NCBI GenBank assembly: GCA_012295275.1
Contig: CM022670.1
Location: 29,574,001 to 29,638,000 of the forward strand
Source: Chrysomallon squamiferum
Taxonomy: Eukaryota > Animalia > Mollusca
Reading direction: 5' to 3'
Length of the DNA stretch: 64,000 bases
Below are positions 52,514-64,000 of the stretch, one piece after another. The notes under the pieces are model-generated. The model made no database searches. It saw only the letters and a list, made by a program, of their open reading frames with translations, and was not told the DNA's origin. The stretch's first letter is position 1. Each line of letters starts with the position of its first letter. The translations under genes were made by a program, and so were the position numbers.

Positions 52514-53035
52514 AAGCATTCTGTCAGAAAGTTTTTGACTTTTGATATTCTCAGGTTTCACATCTTTATGAAGTGTGTTACTTCTTTAATGGCAGCGAAC
52601 AACAAATTATTTTTGTTGTTACCAATTATAGAAGTAGTAGTGACTGCTTAATTATTATTCTATTAAAAATGCCCAGACCATGGAACATTATTATTTTAAT
52701 TCACCATTTTAAAAAAAGTAACTTGGAATATAATACATATTTTGTTCATAATATCAGACTATTTTACTTAGGTTATTGTAAGCTTCTATCTTCAGTGTAT
52801 TTTCTTCTGGACATTTATTTCTTTTTTCTTTTTTCCAGACTACAACATGATTATCTTTTTGTCTTTATTAGTTTATTTCTTGCACAGGTTTATTCTTCTC
52901 AAAGTCTCAGTCATTAAAGCATGAAAACACAGTGTATGTGTCATAATGTGATCGATTAATTCTGATGAACTGCAGCTGGTATAAAGACAGAAAGAAATTA
53001 AAGTTGTATCATTTACTCCAAAATCCATGAGAATA

Positions 53036-56000
53036 TCAGTAACTTCCAAAATGTTTCAACCTACAAGTATAAAAATAAAAGAAAAAAGATTTACAAAACT
53101 GATAAAGAATTACAACTAACTTGTAATATTTCAACAAAATTAAATGAAAACAAAAACATCAAAAAATAATTAGAGTAAATAAATAAACACAAGAACTACT
53201 GAAGCAAAATGAAGTTGATGAAAATATATCACTGCTCATTAGTTGCACTTGTGGTGCCGTTTTATATCTCATATTTGTTTTAACCAATTTTTTTCTTTAC
53301 AAAATAATACTGGAAAATAAAGATAGTAACACAGATTATAGTAACACTATTCATAAGAAATGACTGCACAGAATCCAAATTACTTGAAGAAATTTAAATT
53401 ATTAGCAAAGTTATATTTTCTAAAATAGGCCTATTTGAACCAAAATATGAATGTACCATTATCTAATGAAAGAGACAATACAGTGACTAAATATTAATTT
53501 CACCTCTGAAATAAATTAATGGTGAATATTCAACAATACCTGTATAACAGTGCATTTCCTCTGTGATTTCCTATGGCCAAGTAACCACTGTTTAAGGAAA
53601 AGTCAAAACATTTGGGAACTCGGATTGTGGTATCAGTCTGGCTGGGAAAATTTGAAAATACTTTGAAAGATGGAAAATGCACCTGAAGAAAAAAGATTAA
53701 TAAGAAATTATTTGGTTACAAACTAAATTATCATGAAAGTAATAATATTATTACAAAATCTTTGGGTATTATTTGAATTCAAAATACTATATGGAGATAA
53801 TTATTTTGGTTTCACATATTTTATTAATAATGTTTGCTAGCATTCTTTATTTTGTGATTCAAGTGGCAGCAAAATTAGTTTGTTTTGAAAAATATGACAA
53901 AAATTCAAATCATCTCACTGCTGTATAATGATTTTATAAATAGATTACCACATCTTAAAGTCAACAAAGTGTATGTAAGTATTAATCATGTAGTTCTCAC
54001 AGCTGGACACTTACAAATTTTATGGCCAGTTCAGAATTGGATGCTATGCCAAGTATTTCTGAAGATGAGTTGAACAAAGAACAGGTTACTGAAGTAGTGA
54101 GATTTCCAGCTGAACGTTCAGGTTTGGGGTACTTGCTGGTAAGACATTTTGAAGCATCATATATGTTTACAATACCACTATAAGACCTGTGGTAATTAAA
54201 CCAATCAAATAATGATTTGTGAATACTAAAGAAAGAAAATATAAAGTAATATTATACATCTAAATATATATTTAAGAAACTGGTAACAGAAACCAATAAC
54301 TTGGTGATTTTACTTTGTATTTGGTTACCTAAACTTTTCAGTCAAACATGTTTGTTAATAGTTTTATTCCTAATAGTGGGTACTTTACACCAACACGTTA
54401 ATAAACTAATTTTATAAATAAATAAATATATAATTAAGTAAATAACTAGAAAAGAAGAAAATACTTGCCCACAACAGAGATACTGGTTATTTGGAGACAC
54501 TGCAACTGTTGTTCCACGAAAACATCCTTCATCATAGAATCTGTGAACACAATCCAGGGTCTTCATATCCCACACATACACACACCCCTCATCTGAAATA
54601 TAATTACTTAATTACAAGTGCATAATAGACACACACATAACCACCCTAAATAAAATAAAATTATAGGTAACCAAATATCAGAGAGAAATATTTTTAATGC
54701 AAACATTCGAATAGCTAGACAGTTTTCTATTTCTGACAGAAACAGCATTTTGATGTTTATCAAGATAAGAAGCTTGAATAACCTATGCCAACACAACAAA
54801 TAAAAATGAAAGAAATCAAATAACAATGACATTTATCTTATTATTATTTTTTATTCCTAATATAATATAGTATTTTAGTATGTATCAAGATATAAATTCT
54901 AAATGATAAAAATGTTTATCTTACCTCCAACAGAATACATTTTTGAACCATCATTAGAAAATGCAACACACATCACTGATCCATTCATCTTTAGTGTCTG
55001 AATCCATTCTTTTGACTGAATAATATAATTGAGTAATAAAACAATAAAAAACATTAGCTGATTACATTAACTTTAACTTGTAATTATTTTAGCAATATAT
55101 CTTTCTAATTTCATTCACTGGAATTATGTTGACATTCATAAACTTAACTTTACACACCTGAAAGAATCTAAACGGTACTTATATACAGATGACAAAGAAA
55201 AATTAGCCTAAAACCAATTCAGTTTTGAAGATAATACAATTTCTGAGACTAATTTGTCTAAAATATAATTAAAGAGTTATTTTAGAAAATAATATAAACC
55301 TCTAGAGTAGTGTATTATTCAAATATATACATCAGTAAATCAAAAGAAAAGTATTAAATATAATCATAATTATTCAGTGTCATTAAATAAATTTTATTTT
55401 TAATTATTTTTGTGAAAGTTTATAATTTGTTTTTTTACCCTTGCACTCAAAATGTGAATACAGCCATATTTTCCAAGAAATACTAGAAAACGACCATCAG
55501 GGGAAACTTTGAATTTTGCCATCACATCTCCTTCAAGTGCTACAATAAAAATGTTTAACATATCATTTCTAAATTGGAAAGAATCTAATAGCACATTTAC
55601 ATATAGAATATGATCATATTACCAATGTTTAAAAGCCAAATGTCTGATACATGAGTTATAATCAGGTTGTGGGAATTACTGATTACTAAAATATATTTTT
55701 ACATTAATCTATCAAACATTTTCTCTCTTGAATCATACTTTATTAAAACGTACAACAATATTAACTATACAAGACCAAGTAATAATATACACAATGTCCA
55801 TTTTAGAAAATAATTAAAAACCTTTTATTTTTGGAATGTTGATCACTTTTCCAGCTATCATATCATAACAGTAAAATGCCCTCAACCAGGATCCAAGTAT
55901 GACTTCATGACCAGAACAGCTAAAGTGTGCCATGGAAATAGGAAAACTATCAAGGTAAACACCCTGAATTTTTTTATTTGTTTTACCATCTACCTATGTG

Positions 56001-59000
56001 AAAAAAAGAAAGAATAAAAAAAAAAAGAAGATAAATTAGTCATAATAGAACACAAAAGAAGCATTTACAGCATTACTAATGAACAATAATTAAAGTAAAA
56101 ACAAAACAAAAATGTAAATAAAAAAGGATACTGTATTGTCATTAACAGAAAAAACTTTGATAAAAATTAACTATGGAGTTGTAAATCATTTTGTTATCCA
56201 CATGTAGTAAGAAAAAGATCACATTGCACATATTTACACATATACACACAATAAATATATATGTATGTAGTTGTATTTTAGCTTTTGCTCTTCTTGTTGC
56301 TTATTAATTTTCTTGATAATGTGACCCAGACAAACAACGGCAATGCATAAAATAACATGAGTAAATGATGTTTAAATAAAAGGATTTGGGCATGGGGATG
56401 TTAGGGTTTATTCTCCTACTGCTGATATAGGCAATTTTCAGTGATGACTGGTTTTAATCAAAGGATAATCACTTATATATGAACATACTTGAAATAAATT
56501 TAAAGTCTGATCCATCCCTGCAGTCAAAATCACTTGAGCTGTAGGATGAAACTCTACTGATGTTAATTTACCCTGTAATGAGAAATGTTAATTATACCTG
56601 GATAACAGTTATGATTATATTAACAAAAAATAAACGAAACAAAGAAAAACTGAAATAACTAACAAACAATTTCAAATAGCCAAACTCTAGAAGGATACAT
56701 ACAATTTATTACAATTTATGTGAAAGAGAATTATATATAGAAAACAGGAATCATTTTATCTTTCATTAATACACTTGACCAGTAAAATAACAATGTAACA
56801 TTATTAAATAATAGTACCTAAAGTGTATTTAATACGATGTATAATGTAAATTATTCACTAACGTAAAATATATGTGTGCAAGCATTTATATTCACCTTTG
56901 TTGGACATTCTTTATTAACATTTATACACTGTTTGATGTGAATGTGTCCATTTGGTAAAGTAGATGACCTTGTAATGTAATTGCCAGTACTACGAAGCAA
57001 ATCTTCAACATCATTGTCATCTGTTGTTTAAGTAAAAGAAATATTTGTAATAGTCTAACACAAAATCACTCATCTAAACCTATCTCTTACTTATAACTGA
57101 CCAATCTTTTCTTATCCTTGTCATGAAACAGGTTTTTGTTCACAGTTTATCCACCAGAACAAAAGTGCCATTTATCTTTAGTTTAAGAAGAAAATTTAAA
57201 TGTGCTATTATGTCAGTAATAAAACAAAACAATTTCTTGAGTTTTTGGGGATTTAGATATTGTTTATGTTGTAGTTGTTATTTTGTGTTTACAGAAAGAA
57301 AGGTTATAAGGGATAAAACAGATTCAGTTATTTTCACATGGTTGACATGGTGACAGGAAGCTAATTAAATATGTGTACACTATCTGAATGGTGCAACTGA
57401 ATCTTCAGTAAATGTTTCTATCTATAAGTACACTTTCTGCTGCAAGGGAAAGTTAAAAGAACTATGCCTGACAACCTTTACCATTACACCCTTAACATAT
57501 ATATGTTTTTAATTTCAACTCAGTACATAATGGAACAGACAATAATAAAAATGTAAAATGATATTTACCATTATCTGAATTTGATTCCTTGTAAAATGGT
57601 TGTGCCCAGTTAGGTTGAGATATAATCTTCTTAAAACTACAATTCAAATAAATAATAATGAATACACTTACTGACACATTACAATGTTTAACTTATATAT
57701 ATTCATTATATTTATGTTGAGAAAATAGAATATAACAAAAACCAAAAACATAAAAGAATAAAATTACAAGATTACTAAATTTATTCAAATAGTTTTTCAA
57801 CACTGTTTATATGATATATAAATGATACATAGTTACATATTAATCAGAGATTTGACAATTTAAATAAAATCAATTCTACAAGGAATATAAAAATACGGAA
57901 GAACTATAAAAATGTATCACAATAGCAGGTACTTACTGGCTTTCCAATCTTTTTGTATAAGCTTTTGCAGTGATAGATTCTCCTGACTTCAATAAAGGAG
58001 TCTGTTCATGTCTTGACACAGAAATACTACTAAAAATTAAAAAGTTTAAATAACTGAAAAATACTGAAAAACATAGATGCATTAAGTACCACACATTTAT
58101 AAACTGCCATAATAAATTCTGCTTTCATTTTTTCGAAATCTTCTGGAACTTTACTTGCAGCTTTGGTTCCTTTACGTTTCACAAATCCAATTCTCTTTAA
58201 GAATGATGCTGACAAGATACGTCAATAGTGAAAGGCCCTCCATGGATGTTCACTCGTTTCCCTTTAAACCATGGCAACTGATGACCGTTTCCAGGGTTTT
58301 GCTGTCTTCTACAATAGTTTTGACAACTGTTTCCATCCGCGCAGCTTTCTCAGGAGATGGCGCCTTACTGGTAAACCTATCTTCATGTTACTCAAAACAT
58401 GAATGTATTTCCATATGGTTACAAATATTGGCTCAAACAATAAATAGGTTACTCTCTATATATAGGTAGTTTAATTTAACAGTGAGTTAAATGTGGCAAC
58501 TTGTAACTTATTGAATAACATCATTGAGTAATACGTGTAGAACTTGTAGCAAGTTGTTTTCACAACAATAAAATGGCATTATGCAAAACTGCCTAGCATT
58601 CAGTTATTACAAACACAGCCATTGTACTGCAATTATCCTTGTGGTCAGCGCCTTAATTAATACATGCATTTTTGACAGAGTTGTGATGGTGCATTATTTT
58701 ATACTTGCTATAATTTCATATTTTACAATATGTATTGATAATGGATGGATGACACAGAGCTAGGTTAGTAAAAACCACTAGAGCCATTAGACTTGTGTAC
58801 TTAAAATCTATGAAAATAATGGTTTGTATTTTGCCCTGCTTTTGTTAAAGATACTTCTTTCTTCTTTTTGTTTGCTTGTTGACTATACATCAAGGCCAGC
58901 AATATCTATGAATGATATTGTTTTCTGTAGATCGCTGCTTGAGCTGGACAGCTTTTTCTGGAGAGTTGTTGTTGTCCAGCTAGTTCCCTCATCTGCTGTA

Positions 59001-60651
59001 GGTTAATGCAGTTTTCATTATATTTAGGAAGGACTTCCAGTAAGAAGATGGGCTAACTCAAGGTAATGAGCCTGGTGTTGCACCTGCCAGATAAGTGAGG
59101 ACAGAGTGAGCACCAATCAAATTGTTATTGTTCAGAAAAGTAGGCATAATAGCTGTGCAGCCCAATACTTCTGACTTTAGCACTCAAGGTTTCTGATCCA
59201 CATCTGTCTAGCCTCTGCCCACTGACCACTCCAGCATCAGTGTCCCTGACAGAAGCCAAAGCTCCTCTTTGGGTCAGTGAGACATACAATCTCCCTCACT
59301 ATGTCTGTGAATGAATGCTGAAGGGGAATTATACTACTATAATACATTTTTTGATATATCTTTTAAGTGTGATTTTGTGGTTTTTGGCAATATTACCTAT
59401 GATAAAAAAATATCCTTTAAAGGATTGAATTTACATTTCTTTTGTTTTAATAGAAGATTATAATTAATAATATATTATTAATGAGCATTTTTTATATGTT
59501 GGACTCCAGTTAGATTATTAATGTTAATTATAAATTGTGTTAGCCCAAGTATCCTCTGGCAGACATTTGGGTGGATACCATTGGTTCTCTGGCAGAGATA
59601 GGTCTATGTACTGTTTTGGCTAATCTGTGCCAACCATGCAGTTGGCAATGATTCCAGCTAGTACACTCATTTAACAATTTATGTTTTACATTCCTCTAGA
59701 TCAGCAATTGTCATGTTTGTTGGTACCATAAAAAGTACTATGCAGTCATATATCCACACTCTATGATAAGAAAGCCAAAACCCCTATCATAAAATCAGGA
59801 AATTTTGGGACATGTTTGAATCAACCTAAACAGCTATGTAACAGTTAGCTGATTAACATGTGAGTTTTTCAGAGCAACATAAAAGTTCTGTAGGAATACA
59901 ATAAGTGAGGTCTATATTGCCTAAGAGTTTAGAACAAACAACTGAAAACCCTAAAAACTCACTTGGCTTCATCTTCTTCATCAATCCAGGCAGGGGTTCT
60001 TTCTTCTTCAAATGGAAAAATGTTCTTCCTTGTTTTTTTCTAATGATACAAAGATAACATAGCTTAAATATTAGTGTAATACTAGTTATAATATTTTTTC
60101 ACATGATACAATTATATATTCTCAGTATCTCAAAGAGAAATTTACAAAATTCCCAACAAACTGAGGGTATAAGAATTACCCATTCAAGGGCCATATGTAT
60201 GTCATACAAAACTGCCTAAGGAGAAAAACACAAACTATGCTGAAAACTTAAAGAAACACACACACACACAATATGTAAGTTAAATTAAGCTAACAATTCC
60301 AGTTAAAATCAGTTAAAATGTCAGTCTCCATTTATGGCACAGTTTTCTAATTTTTACTTATTTTCAAACCCAACCATCACACACAAACACTGTATGACAT
60401 ATATTTAAAGGCTAAAGGTTTCTACAGCTGCAACATAATACCGTTTTTGATGTTTGTTTTTTATCTCCAAGTTGCCCTATCAGTTCATGATCTTCTCCAA
60501 ACACAATTTCCTTCAGAACCTTTTCAATATGATCATCTTTCTTTGTACTCCCTAAAACCTCTGTCACTGTTTCATGATCTGATGTATCCTCTTTATTTAC
60601 AAAAACACTAACAGTCTTTTCCAATTTCCTCTTTAATGATCTTCGAAGCAT
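53036..60651 (-). CDS. UTP18: U3 snoRNA-associated protein 18 (WD40), 494 aa, 13 coding exons
   Basis: Exons 60651-60442, 60039-59963, 58029-57937, 57636-57569, 57020-56896, 56572-56489, 55993-55822, 55539-55439, 55015-54925, 54592-54469, 54186-54015, 53682-53540 and 53060-53036 are in frame (1485 nt). Motifs: PAWIDEED, SVEFHPTAQVILTAGMDQTLNLFQVDGKTN, SKEWIQTLKMNG, CVHRFYDEG, SGIVNIY, VHFPSFKVFSNFP, FSLNSGYLAIGN..GNALLYRLKHF. Confidence 0.93.
58060..58400 (-). mobile_element. Degenerate pogo/Tigger-like transposase fragment in a UTP18 intron
   Basis: Frameshifted HGGPFTI..SFLKRIGFVKRKGTKAASKVPEDFEKMKAEF resembles the end of the CENP-B-type HTH of pogo-family transposases. Confidence 0.55.
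59030..59330 (-). mobile_element. Degenerate RTE-clade LINE 5' region (BovB/Expander-like leader)
   Basis: The minus strand reads GTGAGGGAGATTGTATGTCTCACTGACCC..GAGC..CAGGGACACTGATGCTGGAGTGGTCAGTGGGCAGAGGCTAGACAGATGTGGATC, which parallels the recalled RTE leader. It is a GC-richer island. Confidence 0.45.
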
Positions 60652-61129
60652 TTTCTAAAGAAATATATTTTAAAATGTGTATTAATAAAAATGTGGGTTT
60701 TTTTTTTTTAATTTGAAAAGCAATCTAGAACTTAAAACAAGATTACTTTTTCAATTAAAATATCTTCTAAATTTGCAAGGTTTTCAATTTATTATTTTAT
60801 AATTCATTATATTTCATTACAACTTAGATTTGAAGTAATTAGTTCAGTGAAAAGAAAAGCTGACAGGTTAAGCACTAATAAATGAATTAGATATCATATG
60901 ATATATTATAATGATATGATCATATGGTAATAATTAATATCATAATTGATTTGATATGATATAGTACATATAGTGATATACATATTATTAATAGTTAATA
61001 CAGTTTGAAGTTTAAAAAACAAAAAATAAGAAAGACTTCAGATTGTTCTACATCTGTTTTAAAATTTAAATAAATGACTAAATAAATACACAAAGCATGC
61101 AAAAAAGAAAAAGTAGCTACAAACATCAA

Positions 61130-61270
61130 CTTTAAGAACGATACACGTGCAGACCGGAAGTTTATAAATCGAAGATATTGCCGGAAAAAAACACCAGGAA
61201 TGTCGCAAACGATTTATTCTCGGAAATATCCGAGTATTTCCGAAATCTCGATAGAAGGCAGGAACAATCA
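61130..61270 (-). promoter_or_regulatory. Probable UTP18 promoter/TSS region
   Basis: CpG-rich patch about 0.5 kb upstream of the ATG exon, with ETS-like ACCGGAAGT, further CCGGAA motifs and E-box CACGTG. Confidence 0.5.
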
Positions 61271-61772
61271 TGTTTTAGCCTATTTTTACTGTCATATTAT
61301 ATTTAGATATGGTTAAGGATCGTATTGTCAATGATAAAGCAAATCCTTGTAGGCTATTATTTTGAGATTAGTAACAAGGGAACTTTTGTAAATACGATTG
61401 TACAAGACTGCTTGGATAGGAGTAGTATTTTTTACATTACGGCTTTTATTATTAAATGTTAGGCACTGGTTGGAAATAGAAATAGCTCAGTCGTAAAATA
61501 AATAAATAAATACAAATAAACAGTCAGTAAAAAGACACACTTACACAAAAGTACAGACGTACACACGCACATTATAATATATATTCTATTATGTTGTAGT
61601 AGTGGTTGTAAACAGTAGAAACAGGGTCAGCAGTAACGTTTGCAGGAGCTATCATGGTCTCAAAGCAGTAATAAATGCACATTAACCAAACTCGGGATAT
61701 AGCTCTTTTCCAAGAAGGAAATATATATAAGCTACACTAATAATCATTATCCTTATTCATAATTTATATTAC

Positions 61773-61837
<65 letters not shown>

Positions 61838-63117
61838 TTAGTCTAACGTTTTTGATATTCTAAATATTATCAAATTCATGTTTTCTAAAATAAAAATAAA
61901 AATAAACAATTTAAAGAGAAATAATTGTAAGTCTTCCATATACAAGATAAAATATAAATACAAAGGTCAATCACAATAGATTATTATTTTGTCTGAAAAC
62001 AGAACCCCCGCCAAAAAAACAACAACAAACAAATAAATCCCACAAACGTAACACCCCCTCTAAAAAAAACAAAAAAAACAACAACTCCAAAACAAAAAAT
62101 AAAAACAAGAACAAAACTAACTAACTAAATAAATAAAAAACAGTTGAAAATCATGAGATATACTGATGCCAAATTATATTATTCTATTATGTTGATGAGT
62201 ATTTACTCAAGTTATTATCTATTTGGTTGTGTAAGGAAGATGGCATTGAGCAAATAAATTTTGACGTAACAGTCCACATGTGATACTCAATTAGTGATTG
62301 CTGTATCTTTGAATTTTGTAATTTAAATTTTTTATTTATTTATTTATTGTTTTGCTTTGTTGAAATAATAATTTAAAAAAAGAAAGAAAAAAGACAAAGA
62401 TTTTTTTTATTAATTCCAACGTATTTTTGTTCAGAACTGAGATAGCTGATTTCTATGTGTAGGAACCGGATTAGGAATTAGTACGTTGCAAAGTAAACAA
62501 TTTTTCGTCTTAAACCAACAGAAATGGACATCTCCAGATAGTTAATTTAACACGGAAACTTGCTCTTGCATTTCAGTGACGGCATGAAATTACAAGAAAT
62601 ATTTAAAATCATATGTAATTCATCGAGTTGGAAATAATTTATTCTGAATTAGAATTTTTAAACTTTATTTTAATTATTATTATTATTTTTTTAATTTTAA
62701 TAAATTTACTCGAAATTAATGACTAAACATTTTTTATACCACAGAATGTGTTATAATAGTTAATATGATTTTAAATTATTTACTTCATCCTGGGTTCATG
62801 TACACGGTCTAGTGAATATTACAAATTAGATAGAGTGATTAAAAACGTATTCAAGTCTTTTAGATAAATTGTGAAAACTTTAGCGGTGTAATTAGATTTA
62901 ATCACTAAAGTCAGGTATAATTTATTCATCACTGTAAATTTTAAAGGAACATAAAATTAACGAACATATTTAATTAATTCATAGACGCCCATACAATGTT
63001 TCTTCACTTTACGCTGTATAATCCTAACAATTTCTTTGAAAATTTCTTCTTTTGTTTCCATCAAGGATCGTTCTCAGTTTATAGTTCCCAGTCAGCAGTA
63101 CAACAGCCAAACAACTT

Positions 63118-63218
63118 TTAAGTGACAGACTGATGACTTGTAGCGGTCTTCTTATTTGCAGAAATTGTTGTTCCACAACTCTTCGTGCTAGAATGGGTTT
63201 TATTTGTAAATGCCACCA
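63118..63218 (-). CDS. Possible terminal exon of a gene lying beyond the window
   Basis: Strong acceptor TTTTTCTCTTTCTTGCCAG, then VAFTNKTHSSTKSCGTTISANKKTATSHQSVT*. No family recognised. Confidence 0.3.
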
Positions 63219-63639
63219 CTGGCAAGAAAGAGAAAAATATTGCGGCATATCGATATTGGGATGTACGAACGTTAGAGTTTCATGAGTTATTTTTGTTGAC
63301 AGATAACGACGAAGCAGAAGTGAACTAGAGGGGTGTTTCTAATTTATTATTATTTATGTAAAACGTCTGCGGTATAACTATAATCAATGTCCAAAATACT
63401 GCTACTGGTGACTGGATTGATTAACACAGGTAAGTGGTCGTAATATTTCAATAACGTTCAGTATACAATGAAGATAAACAACAAACGTTTTATTAACTGG
63501 ATATAGTTTGATGTCGCTACTACCTTTGCTGCTACTAGTACTATTATTATTGTTGTTGTAATTACTATTACAATACATATCTGTACGCATTTGTTCGTGT
63601 AAGTATATATTATACTCACAAACATGTATTTACATATTA

Positions 63640-63688
<49 letters not shown>

Positions 63689-64000
63689 GCTAACGTGCGT
63701 ATGTATATAAATGGTTTATATATTTAACCATTCGTATTTTCAAATAAATGTATATAATATATTCTATTGTTATAATCTCAACAATAATATACTACCAGTA
63801 TAAGGAAAATGTTTTAGTGAAAAGCTTATTACTGAATTAGCATTTATTTAAAAATCGTTTTAATAATAATAATAATAATAATAATTATACCCGCAACATC
63901 AAGAACAAGAAGAAAAAGTGGCAATTGTAATAGTAATAGTAATAGCAGCAGTGGTCGTCATCGTAGTAATTGCAAAGGCAACAACAATATTTTTCGATAA

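Overview
AT-rich, intron-dense animal genomic DNA, probably a gastropod mollusc (inferred from a recalled Nin-type SINE). I rebuilt the spliced genes by hand from splice sites and reading frame. In order: the 3' end of LIG4 (+); a complete 5-exon POLR1D (-); an uncharacterised ~590-aa gene (+) with several candidate alternative first exons; a complete 20-coding-exon type II CAX/VNX1-like cation/H+ exchanger (+) containing a U12 minor intron; a secreted Cys-rich (ShK-like) + 2x sushi + PAN protein (+); and a complete UTP18 (-) with a GC-AG intron. There are also several transposon remnants. The most striking structure is a ~2.55-kb near-identical inverted duplication of CAX exons 6(end)-10 (19207-21758 vs 26579-29139). 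It brackets the CAX promoter and first exons, which could allow a flip-flop inversion or an antisense/hairpin RNA. A second, gene-free ~2.9-kb palindrome lies at ~40962-43836. Most ORFs in the supplied track are spurious. Gene identities rest on recalled family motifs, not database searches.
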